From a virus, in IMG/VR virus record IMGVR_UViG_3300027631_000002, positions 32,001 through 96,000 of that record: a stretch of DNA of 64,000 nucleotides. The stretch is one strand, 5' to 3'. A model generated the notes under the pieces. That model did not search any database. It saw only the letters and a list, made by a program, of their open reading frames with translations, and was not told where the DNA came from. A program made the position numbers and the translations under genes. Positions within the stretch are counted from its first letter, which is position 1. Each line of letters begins with the position of its first letter. Of the stretch, positions 1-8,043 are shown piece after piece.

Positions 1-1
1 G

Positions 2-268
2 ATTACTACTGCTTTTAAAGATTTATTGATTGATAAGGGATATGATGAAAAAATGGGTGCTCGTCCATTAAAAAGAGCTATTCAACATTACCTAGAAGAT
101 CCACTTTCAGATGAGATATTAGGTGGTGAATTAGAAGGAAATGTTGTAGTTGATTATGATCCTTCTACTAATAAGATTTTACTTAATGGTAAACCATTTG
201 ATGTAAATGAAAGTAAAAACTTCAAATATCTTAAACCATTAAATGAATTTTTTATAAATAATAAATAA
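2..268 (+). CDS. Clp/Hsp100 ATPase (ClpB/ClpC family) C-terminal fragment, 5'-partial
   Basis: GYDEKMGARPLKRAIQHYLEDPLSDEILGG is the D2-small domain signature; frame is open from base 2. Confidence 0.85.
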   Translation: MTTAFKDLLIDKGYDEKMGARPLKRAIQHYLEDPLSDEILGGELEGNVVVDYDPSTNKILLNGKPFDVNESKNFKYLKPLNEFFINNK

Positions 269-270
269 TA

Positions 271-302
271 AAAAAAACCACTCAAATGAGTGGTTTTTCT
301 TT
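271..302. terminator. bidirectional intrinsic terminator
   Basis: AAAAACCACTC-aaat-GAGTGGTTTTT between convergent genes. Confidence 0.85.
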
Positions 303-719
303 TTATGATTTGTAGAAGTTACCTTTTTCTTCTACATATTTTAATCTTGCTTCTTGGGCTTGAGATCTTAGTTTAACATATTCTTTTCTAAGTAATTGAA
401 TTTGTTTTTCTTTTTGACTTGTTTCTAATACAACTTTAAAGTCAATAACGTTTTTAAGTTTTAAGTACCAGAAGAAATTATTTATTGACTTTTGTCCTGT
501 TTTTTTACCAACAAGAAATAATCGTCTTGCTAACTTTTTCTTTCCGGTTTGTGTTAAGTGATCAATCTTAAAGTTTATCCACTCTAAGTGTTCGTTTATT
601 TCACCGTCAACTTTTATTATATACTTTTTATCAATAGCAACTTGTGTTGCTTTTATCATTAGATTTTTCAAGTTTATATCTAATTCATTTACTCCTGTGT
701 TTGTTTGTTTTGTGTCCAT
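303..719 (-). CDS. hypothetical protein
   Basis: 138-aa ORF, AT-rich codon usage, ends at terminator. Confidence 0.7.
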   Translation of the reverse strand: MDTKQTNTGVNELDINLKNLMIKATQVAIDKKYIIKVDGEINEHLEWINFKIDHLTQTGKKKLARRLFLVGKKTGQKSINNFFWYLKLKNVIDFKVVLETSQKEKQIQLLRKEYVKLRSQAQEARLKYVEEKGNFYKS

Positions 720-829
720 TTTTTTAATATTTTTTTTAGTTATTTTTTAATAATTTTAATCTTCTAAGTTAAAATATTAAGTTGGACCTCTGATTACAAT
801 CTATCTCATGTTGTTTATTTATTTTTTGT

Positions 830-1420
830 TTATATTTCGTTTACTTTTTTTACTTTAAATAGTCTATTGATATTATCAAGTTTTGCTTTAATATCATCAA
901 GTAATTGTCTTTGAACTTTTGTGAAGGTTCTGCCTTGTTCCATCGCATCAACTATTGCACAAGTTTCATTGTAATAGTTAGTTCTGAATCTTTCGGATGC
1001 AGTAAATGCGTCAGCAATGTTATTAAATCTATCAGATAGTTTAATAGTAAAAGCTTTATCAGACATATTTAACATTTTATTTATTAAATAGGTTACTTTA
1101 CTACCATTATATTTATGTTTAATTTCATCTGTATTAGAGGTTAGTTCTAACATAAGATCTGCAACTTCTTTACCAAAAAGTTCTTTTACATCGGCATAAG
1201 CATCCCAAATATCATCATAACAATCTTCTGCCACATCGTGTAGTAAAGCAGCGATTAAAGTTGCTTCATCAGTAGTATATAACTTTAATGTACCGTTTAC
1301 TTTTTGTACGTGTGCATCAAAGTAGGATTCTCCTGTAAATTTTCTTACTTGATCTTTATGAGCTCTTTGGGCAAATTCCCAAGCTAGTTTTTCTTTTGAT
1401 GTGATAGGTGCGTTCGCCAT
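830..1420 (-). CDS. HD-domain small alarmone hydrolase-like protein (RelA/SpoT HD, Mesh1-like)
   Basis: AHKDQVRK..Y..H, AALLHDVAED and KLSDRFNN motifs. Confidence 0.85.
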   Translation of the reverse strand: MANAPITSKEKLAWEFAQRAHKDQVRKFTGESYFDAHVQKVNGTLKLYTTDEATLIAALLHDVAEDCYDDIWDAYADVKELFGKEVADLMLELTSNTDEIKHKYNGSKVTYLINKMLNMSDKAFTIKLSDRFNNIADAFTASERFRTNYYNETCAIVDAMEQGRTFTKVQRQLLDDIKAKLDNINRLFKVKKVNEI

Positions 1421-1448
1421 AACTCTTTTCTTTTTATATATTATAATG

Positions 1449-1456
1449 CAAATATA
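1449..1456 (-). promoter_or_regulatory. Bacteroidota sigma-A type -7 promoter element
   Basis: TATATTTG upstream of 1420. Confidence 0.65.
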
Positions 1457-1461
1457 CGATT

Positions 1462-2337
1462 TTATTTTAATAAATTTAGTACTTGCTTTCCTCTTTTATC
1501 TAATTGTTTAAATTTAATTTTAAAAGAGGTACTCTCAATCCCACCAAACATTGCTGCGTTAGAGTGTAATTCACAAAGTGATGTTACTAATAATGTTAAA
1601 ACGGTTTCGATTGAATTACTTTTAACAAAATCTTCTACTTCATCTGATTTAATAGTATGAAATACCATATCTTTTAAGATTAAATCCGCAACTACTTTGT
1701 TATCAGAAATCTTTGAGAATGTATCAAATGAAACTTGTGCGTGGTTTGGAAAGTGTCTTTTACCTTCTTCGTCAATTATCATACAATAACTTTTCCCACA
1801 ATCGTGCATTACTTGATATTCTTTAATATCTTCTAATGAATGTAAGTTGTTAAGTAAAAACTCATTGTTATCGGTGAACCAAGTTGGTAATTTCCAGTTA
1901 TCGGTATCACCACTGATAAGTTTGTCAAAGTGTTTAGCAACAGATATACCGTGTTCTAATACGTTTTGAGTATCAGTTTGAGGTGTGGCTATCATATCAT
2001 AGATAACTTGTTGATAAGTAAGTTTTGGTTTTTTACCCAATAGTGGAAGATATGAAACTTTCTTTCTGACATCTTTATCTACATATAAGCAAATAGATGT
2101 GAGTTCATCGTTTAAATCTGGTTCGTAAAATTTTGTGACTGAGGTAAGTTTGGATAACTTTAAGTATAAGTCATTTAATTCTTTTTCATTGTTTACTTGT
2201 AAACAGATGATAGAGTTAGATGTGGTTTTCCATTCTTTAAATTGTTGTGGAAACTCGTATGCGAAGTCTGCAATTGAGTGACAACTTTGTTGACTTTGAT
2301 AACCGTAACTAAGATCTGATCTTGTTATAATTATCAT
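1462..2337 (-). CDS. PTH2-like (peptidyl-tRNA hydrolase 2 fold) domain fused to an HD domain
   Basis: N-term IIITRSDLS..Q..H..ICLQV..FYEPDL..TSIC; C-term EHG...HDCGK...HFPNHA. Confidence 0.7.
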   Translation of the reverse strand: MIIITRSDLSYGYQSQQSCHSIADFAYEFPQQFKEWKTTSNSIICLQVNNEKELNDLYLKLSKLTSVTKFYEPDLNDELTSICLYVDKDVRKKVSYLPLLGKKPKLTYQQVIYDMIATPQTDTQNVLEHGISVAKHFDKLISGDTDNWKLPTWFTDNNEFLLNNLHSLEDIKEYQVMHDCGKSYCMIIDEEGKRHFPNHAQVSFDTFSKISDNKVVADLILKDMVFHTIKSDEVEDFVKSNSIETVLTLLVTSLCELHSNAAMFGGIESTSFKIKFKQLDKRGKQVLNLLK

Positions 2338-2381
2338 TTTTGTTTCTTCTTGTTTGTTTTTAATCTAAGTGTTCTTCATAA

Positions 2382-2573
2382 TTACTTGTTTTTATTTTTT
2401 AAAAATTTTTGTTCTTGTTTTGTTAGACTTTTCATACCTTTTTCTGAAATCTTTTCCAGTATTCGATTTAATTCGTCTTCACTTTCTTTTTTTAATTGAT
2501 TAAATTCATAATCATCTATAAATCGTTTTTCAACGTGTTTTGATTTGAATAGTTTTTTAAACCAATTTAACAT
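2382..2573 (-). CDS. small protein with DUF6576-like helical module
   Basis: ELNRILEKISEKGMKSLTKQEQKFL resembles Bacteroidota rhomboid C-terminal domain. Confidence 0.6.
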   Translation of the reverse strand: MLNWFKKLFKSKHVEKRFIDDYEFNQLKKESEDELNRILEKISEKGMKSLTKQEQKFLKNKNK

Positions 2574-2600
2574 AAATATTATCTTTTATTCCTTTTGTTG

Positions 2601-2666
2601 TGGCGATGGAGGGAATCGAACCCTCGGTCTTTGGGTTTAGAATCCTAGAACTCACCTGACAAAGCC
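2601..2666 (-). pseudogene. degenerate tRNA-like element, CUA anticodon by register
   Basis: perfect T arm GAGGG-TTCGATT-CCCTC; acceptor GGCTTTG/CATCGCC (2 mismatches); loop TTCTAAA; D arm reduced to 12 nt; no encoded CCA. Confidence 0.6.
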
Positions 2667-2684
2667 GTTTTCTTTATTGTTTGA

Positions 2685-2714
2685 CAAAGATACGACTAAT
2701 TTTTAATCTACCAA
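2685..2714 (-). promoter_or_regulatory. full Flavobacterium-type promoter TTG-N19-TATCTTTG
   Basis: exact spacing counted; points at the tRNA-like element. Confidence 0.75.
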
Positions 2715-2720
2715 ATAATT

Positions 2721-2960
2721 TTAGAAAAATTTTGGTTCAATAATTTCTGGACCGATTATTTTTATATCATCTTCATACAAACCCATTGAACTTCCGTCTC
2801 CCATTCCACCTGGTAAAAAATAAGGTTCGTCTTCTGGATCTCTTCTTGGTGAAAACCAACAAGGGGTTGGTGTTCTATATCCATTAATAAGTATCCAGTA
2901 CCAACCTTCTTCTGTTGACCAATTTAATTTTTCTTCATTTGATTCACTAAATCTCTTCAT
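2721..2960 (-). CDS. hypothetical protein
   Basis: 79-aa ORF in tightly packed operon. Confidence 0.7.
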   Translation of the reverse strand: MKRFSESNEEKLNWSTEEGWYWILINGYRTPTPCWFSPRRDPEDEPYFLPGGMGDGSSMGLYEDDIKIIGPEIIEPKFF

Positions 2961-2961
2961 A

Positions 2962-3171
2962 TTATTCTTGTTTTTTTAAATCATCAATTGCATATTGTTC
3001 TAATATCTCTGGATTATGTTTCCATTCTTTCCAAACTTCAAAATATTTTAGTCTTTCTAATGTTTCTTTTGGTATTAAAACAAATCCATCTGGTGCAACT
3101 GCACCAAATTTGTGATAGTGTGCGTTCTTAATTTTTTCTTTGATTTCTTCTGTAGTATTTTTTGGGTTCAT
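2962..3171 (-). CDS. hypothetical protein
   Basis: 69-aa ORF in operon. Confidence 0.65.
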   Translation of the reverse strand: MNPKNTTEEIKEKIKNAHYHKFGAVAPDGFVLIPKETLERLKYFEVWKEWKHNPEILEQYAIDDLKKQE

Positions 3172-3364
3172 CTTGTTTTTTAATATCTATTGTCTCAACT
3201 TTTTTAAATTTTAATAACCACCTATATAATTTAGGTGATATTATAAATACTACTTTCTCTATATTTGTTATCCATACATTTTCCCAAGTACCAATATTAC
3301 AAGTGTTACACTCTTTATCATATTGTTGATGAGCACTACATAGTGAGAACCATCTTTCTCTCAA
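3128..3364 (-). CDS. hypothetical protein (C/H-rich N-terminus)
   Basis: 78-aa ORF, TTG start, CSAH..CNTC. Confidence 0.55.
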   Translation of the reverse strand: MRERWFSLCSAHQQYDKECNTCNIGTWENVWITNIEKVVFIISPKLYRWLLKFKKVETIDIKKQDEPKKYYRRNQRKN

Positions 3365-3497
3365 AAAAATCTACCTTTATCTCTCATATAATAGTTATCT
3401 AGAAATTTATTTATTCTTTCGTTTACTACTTTATCATTAGTAAAGTATGTTTTATTCTTATTACTCTGCATTTCAAGTTATATCAAAAAAATGATAT

Positions 3498-4757
3498 TTA
3501 GTTTAATTTTGTTCGGATTCCAGGCATGTAAATCTCAATCAATTGTATCAATTCTTCTTTACATTCCGTAGTCAATGATTTATTTTTATTTTGGTTCATC
3601 AAAATCATAAATGAACTTACTACTTTATTAAATTTAAAAGCATCTGTAAAGTCAAATATAGTTTTCTTAAATGATTCTATATCAATAGTTTCTTCACCTG
3701 TTTTATCCAACCACGTTTTCATTCTATTTATAAATCTTCTAATTCCAATTATATTTTCATCAGACCAAGAACCACCATCAAAGTAGTGACCAATAAACAT
3801 CAAGTAAAATCTAATTTCATCTGGATCATAACCATCTAAACTAACTACATTTCCTTTAGACTTAGACATTTTTTCTCCTTCACTCAATATCATTCCTTGG
3901 TGTACCAATTTAGTAATTGGTTCTTCAAAGTCAATAAAGCCAATATCATACAAAAACATTGTAATAAATCTAATATAAATCAAGTGCATACAAGCATGTT
4001 CTGATCCACCAACATACAAATCAACTGGTTTTGGTTTGATACCTTTCATCAAGCAGTATATAATAGTGTAGATAGAACTATCTACGAACGTATCCATTGT
4101 ATCAGTTTCTCCTTCAATAGGAATAGGACAACCCCAACTTCTTTGTCTTGATACACACCAGTCGTGTTGGTTTTCCAACCAATTTCTTTGTGACTTTATT
4201 GTAGATTCTGGAAAGTCAATCTTATCCAAACCGGCAATCAATCTATCTTTATAGTCGGTAATTTTGAAATACCATTGATTCAATGTTTTCTTCTCTACTT
4301 CTGTAGAACATCTTTCACATTTACCTTCTTTTACTTGTTCTCTAGCCAATACAGTTTCACAACTATTACAGAAGTCAACTTCACCATCTTTTTTATAAGC
4401 CAAATCTTTATCATACAATTGTTTAAACAACCATTGTGTGTACTCAATATAGTTGGGATCTGAAGTAATCAACATTTCCTCATATTGAGTATTCATGTTA
4501 TCCATCTGTATTCTAAAATTTTCTATATTCTCGTAGGTAACTTCTCTTGGATCTCTACCTACTTTCTTAGCATAGTTTTCCGCTGGCAATCCAAATGAAT
4601 CATATCCAAATGGTTGAAAAACCGTTTCGCCTTTGTATCTCAAGTATCTGCAGTAGCTATCCATAATCGCATAGTTATACCAATGTCCACAGTGCAAACC
4701 ACTACCTGAAGGATATGGAAACATCACAGTTACATATTTATAGTTGTTATCATTCAT
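3498..4757 (-). CDS. leuS: minimal leucyl-tRNA synthetase-like protein lacking the CP1 editing domain
   Basis: MFPYPSG..LHCGH (HIGH), GYDSFGLPAEN, CxxC knuckles, DWCVSRQRSWG, KMSKS; 419 aa. Confidence 0.88.
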   Translation of the reverse strand: MNDNNYKYVTVMFPYPSGSGLHCGHWYNYAIMDSYCRYLRYKGETVFQPFGYDSFGLPAENYAKKVGRDPREVTYENIENFRIQMDNMNTQYEEMLITSDPNYIEYTQWLFKQLYDKDLAYKKDGEVDFCNSCETVLAREQVKEGKCERCSTEVEKKTLNQWYFKITDYKDRLIAGLDKIDFPESTIKSQRNWLENQHDWCVSRQRSWGCPIPIEGETDTMDTFVDSSIYTIIYCLMKGIKPKPVDLYVGGSEHACMHLIYIRFITMFLYDIGFIDFEEPITKLVHQGMILSEGEKMSKSKGNVVSLDGYDPDEIRFYLMFIGHYFDGGSWSDENIIGIRRFINRMKTWLDKTGEETIDIESFKKTIFDFTDAFKFNKVVSSFMILMNQNKNKSLTTECKEELIQLIEIYMPGIRTKLN

Positions 4758-4788
4758 CTTATTTATAGTCTTTATTATAGTTTAGTTG

Positions 4789-4796
4789 CAAATATA
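4789..4796 (-). promoter_or_regulatory. -7 promoter element
   Basis: TATATTTG upstream of leuS-like gene. Confidence 0.65.
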
Positions 4797-4807
4797 ATAA
4801 TTATATT

Positions 4808-4816
4808 TAATATATA
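4808..4816 (+). promoter_or_regulatory. putative phage late promoter TAATATATA
   Basis: recurs upstream of structural and tagged genes; 4 nt before ATG 4821. Confidence 0.6.
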
Positions 4817-4820
4817 AACT

Positions 4821-5864
4821 ATGAAGTACATTAAAACGATAAATGATTATGATATTGTCAATGAAGAGTTAGATATTAGTTGGAGACAACTTTTAATTGG
4901 AATTGGAATTATGTGTACTTTGAGATATTATCTTAAAGATCATAAAATTACTACTAAGGAAACTGACAAGATTATTTATGATATAAGTAATAAACCAACT
5001 ACAAAAGAAGGAGTTTTAATAACTAAATTTAAACAAAATTTAATAGATGATATTTTATCAACTAATCAATTAGATTCAATAAAGAAAGATTTGATTGTAT
5101 CTAAAATTAAAGAGATTAGATTTGTGTGTGTTGATACCGAAACTATGGAGTTTATAGGTGGTGAGAAAGGTGTTATGGCATGTTATATGAGACACTTTGA
5201 TGAAAGAGGTAATAAGGTAAAGGCAATTATTGTTGATAAACAAAGACTTAATTCATTAGGATCAGAACAGGTTGTAAATCATGAACTTAGACACTTAGTT
5301 GATGATATTATGAGAGATTCTAATAGTTCATTACCATATAGTGAATTTACTAATATTGTTGATATTTTGGACAAGGATATAGTTCTTCAAAACGATAAAG
5401 GTAAGAAAAAACTACAAAGTAAGATAGATTTTTATTCAAAGCAATTAGTTGAAATAGCGATTAAAAATAAAATAAGTGATATTAAGAATCCCGAAGGTAA
5501 AAAAACTGCAATTGATGCGGTAGATAGTTTTAGAGATCAGTTTCAAAGTATGTTTGATGATAAACATACTACCGACTATTTAACTTCACCCGCAGAGGTT
5601 TATGTTAGATTTCACGGATTAAAAAGATGGATGATACAAAATGGTTATCTAATGGATATGAATGATGTTATAACTCAAGAGAAAATAATTCAAATTTTAT
5701 CAGATACGAAAATTATAACTACTGCTAATAAATATAATTTAGACTTTGTTGAATTACTTTTTTATTTAGATGTTGATTTTACTGGTAAAGAACCACATGA
5801 TTTCAAAAAAGTAAATTCAATAGTAGCAAACTATACAGATTATCTAAATAAACCTACAGTTTAA
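4821..5864 (+). CDS. putative zinc metallopeptidase-like virion protein
   Basis: NHELRHLVD (HExxH) and YLTSPAEVYVR; N-terminal MKYIK..NEE tag. Confidence 0.65.
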   Translation: MKYIKTINDYDIVNEELDISWRQLLIGIGIMCTLRYYLKDHKITTKETDKIIYDISNKPTTKEGVLITKFKQNLIDDILSTNQLDSIKKDLIVSKIKEIRFVCVDTETMEFIGGEKGVMACYMRHFDERGNKVKAIIVDKQRLNSLGSEQVVNHELRHLVDDIMRDSNSSLPYSEFTNIVDILDKDIVLQNDKGKKKLQSKIDFYSKQLVEIAIKNKISDIKNPEGKKTAIDAVDSFRDQFQSMFDDKHTTDYLTSPAEVYVRFHGLKRWMIQNGYLMDMNDVITQEKIIQILSDTKIITTANKYNLDFVELLFYLDVDFTGKEPHDFKKVNSIVANYTDYLNKPTV

Positions 5865-6338
5865 TTACAAGATATATTTTTTTATCATATCTGGACCACC
5901 AAATTGTTCAATCTTTCTAATTGCAGAAGACGAAATATGTTCAAACTCTTGGTCACAAGTAATGTAAACTACATTTATATCTTTTTTAAAGTCATTTATA
6001 AATCTCATTTGATTTACTTCGTAATCTAAATCAACACCATTTCTTAAACCTCTAATTATAACTACATTATAACCTTCTTTTTCATAATCTTCTACAAGTT
6101 CGTGTAAGAATTTACTATAAGTTATTACAGTTCTGTTTATTTTTTGAGAAATAAGTTTTGCTTTATTATCTTGTTCAAATAGGTAAGTTTTATCGTTAGT
6201 ATTTACTTTATCTGGATTGATACCTATTGCAGTAATGACGTTTCCTCTTCCAAAAATACGCTCTGCTTTCTCTAAAATGTTTAAATGACCTACGTGCATA
6301 GGATTAAAAGAGCCTGGATAAATTGCGATTGTTTTCAT
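5865..6338 (-). CDS. coaD: phosphopantetheine adenylyltransferase
   Basis: IAIYPGSFNPMHVGH, IIRGLRN..D..YE, ISSSAIR. Confidence 0.85.
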   Translation of the reverse strand: MKTIAIYPGSFNPMHVGHLNILEKAERIFGRGNVITAIGINPDKVNTNDKTYLFEQDNKAKLISQKINRTVITYSKFLHELVEDYEKEGYNVVIIRGLRNGVDLDYEVNQMRFINDFKKDINVVYITCDQEFEHISSSAIRKIEQFGGPDMIKKYIL

Positions 6339-6394
6339 AAGTTGAAATTATATACAAAGATATAGAAATTATATTATATTTAATAAAATTGTTT

Positions 6395-6402
6395 TATATT
6401 TG
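6395..6402 (+). promoter_or_regulatory. -7 promoter element
   Basis: TATATTTG 4 nt before ATG 6407; divergent TATCTTTG at 6355-6362. Confidence 0.65.
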
Positions 6403-6406
6403 TAGT

Positions 6407-6841
6407 ATGAATACACATAGTAAATTGCGAGAGATAGGTTTTACAAGAACTGATTTTCATAAACCTTATGAATACATGGATGGTGGTACTAATAATATGG
6501 TACTAGATAATGTTGTAAAAAAATGGGCTCAGAGAAAAGACGGCACTTATGGTTGGATAGAAATATCTAAGATACATCCAAAGTCTAATTCGTTTTGGAA
6601 ACTAGTTTTTAATGAAAGACATACAATTTGGATTTCTGTTGTGAATAATATTATAGATAAGGTTTGGTTAGAAGATAAAGAAATAAAAAGACCGATTGGT
6701 TATAGTAGTAGAGATGAAAGTCCATTGAAAACTATTTATACTTATGAAACTATAAATAAAATAACAAGCAAAAGACAAATAATCAATTTACTACCAGCTG
6801 CCATAAAAAGAGATTTTGTAATTAGAGATTTATTAAAATAA
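6407..6841 (+). CDS. hypothetical protein with C-terminal RDxK-type tail
   Basis: start moved to ATG downstream of promoter; ends KRDFVIRDLLK. Confidence 0.75.
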   Translation: MNTHSKLREIGFTRTDFHKPYEYMDGGTNNMVLDNVVKKWAQRKDGTYGWIEISKIHPKSNSFWKLVFNERHTIWISVVNNIIDKVWLEDKEIKRPIGYSSRDESPLKTIYTYETINKITSKRQIINLLPAAIKRDFVIRDLLK

Positions 6842-7044
6842 TGAAAGATATAGTAATAGTTGATCATAACTCTGGTGTAAACCAAGCATATGTTGATAGA
6901 TTTGGACCAATCATCGGTACTGAATTAGATGAGGATACACAGAAATCATATCAGACTATGGCCAAACGACTTAAAGAATTAGCAAAACGAAATATGAGAG
7001 TACTTAAAAGAAAAGAAAAAATAAAAAGAATATGCCAGAATTAG
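6841..7044 (+). CDS. hypothetical protein with RDxK-like tail
   Basis: ends KRKEKIKRICQN; overlaps both neighbours. Confidence 0.65.
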   Translation: MKDIVIVDHNSGVNQAYVDRFGPIIGTELDEDTQKSYQTMAKRLKELAKRNMRVLKRKEKIKRICQN

Positions 7045-7832
7045 CAGAAGTAAGAATTATGAGTGATTATATAAATCATCACTCAAAGAAAAGAAAATTT
7101 ACAAAATTATATCATGTTCAGAAAGGTAATATTCCAATCGACTCTGAACTAATCGAAGATTTTGAAGTAATTGCAGAATCTTTTGGTAAAGAACTACAAT
7201 TAAAAACAACAAATGATACAAAAACATTAGACTTCTCTGTATTTATGGGTATGTCTGGTAATTGGAAGTTTGTTCCTACTGAAAACTGGAATGATACTAA
7301 GTTTGTTAGAATGAGAATTGACACGGATGATGGTAATTCCTTATTACTTTATGGTTCATATATGGGACCAAGATACCGATTAGGTGCATTCACTGGTGTG
7401 AAAAGAGGACCAGACCCTACAAAAGAGTTTGATAAATTTAAAAGTAATGTTTTAGATAATTTAAAACTGAAAGCATTTGATAAACCAATTTGTGAGGTTC
7501 TTTTAAATCAAAAATACTTTAATGGAATCGGTAATTACTTACGTTCTACTATTCTTTATTATATAAATGTAAATCCATTTGAATCTGCTAGAACCATTAT
7601 CCTAGAGAATCCAGATATATTAGATTTTTGTAGAGATGTTCCAATTAAAGCTTACACATTAAATGGTGGTCAGCTTACTGATTGGACTAATCCATTCGAT
7701 TCTGATTATGAAGAGTTTAAGAAGTGGGTATTTTATCAGAAAGGTTTATCTTGTAGAGATAATACTGGTAGAACTTTCTGGTATGATGAGAAATGGGATT
7801 CTTATTCCATATATAAAAGTAAAACTAAATAG
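7032..7832 (+). CDS. nei: Fpg/Nei family DNA glycosylase (NEIL1-like, no Zn finger)
   Basis: N-terminal MPELAEV, FMGMSG, H2TH motif LLNQKYFNGIGNYLRSTILY. Confidence 0.88.
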   Translation: MPELAEVRIMSDYINHHSKKRKFTKLYHVQKGNIPIDSELIEDFEVIAESFGKELQLKTTNDTKTLDFSVFMGMSGNWKFVPTENWNDTKFVRMRIDTDDGNSLLLYGSYMGPRYRLGAFTGVKRGPDPTKEFDKFKSNVLDNLKLKAFDKPICEVLLNQKYFNGIGNYLRSTILYYINVNPFESARTIILENPDILDFCRDVPIKAYTLNGGQLTDWTNPFDSDYEEFKKWVFYQKGLSCRDNTGRTFWYDEKWDSYSIYKSKTK

Positions 7833-8017
7833 TGAAGATTGAGTTTGATAAAAATCATTATGTTGTTTGTGAAGGAATTACTTTACCTTTAACAAGGGAA
7901 CAGATTATGGATATGCAATCATATGGTTATGATGCTCAAAATGTCATAGAAGATTTTTATAGAAAAAGTACTGCATATGTTAGGGATCAAAAGATTGATT
8001 TAATACTAAAAAAATAA
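7832..8017 (+). CDS. small protein with RDxK tail
   Basis: ends VRDQKIDLILKK. Confidence 0.65.
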   Translation: MKIEFDKNHYVVCEGITLPLTREQIMDMQSYGYDAQNVIEDFYRKSTAYVRDQKIDLILKK

Positions 8018-8040
8018 AGAGAGACTTTCGTCTCTCTTTA
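8015..8040. terminator. bidirectional terminator
   Basis: TAAAGAGAGAC-tttc-GTCTCTCTTTA. Confidence 0.85.
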
Positions 8041-8043
8041 TTT

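Noticed and set aside
781-815. Possible tRNA remnant around GATTGTAATC (minus strand)
   Set aside because: No T-loop or acceptor pairing found
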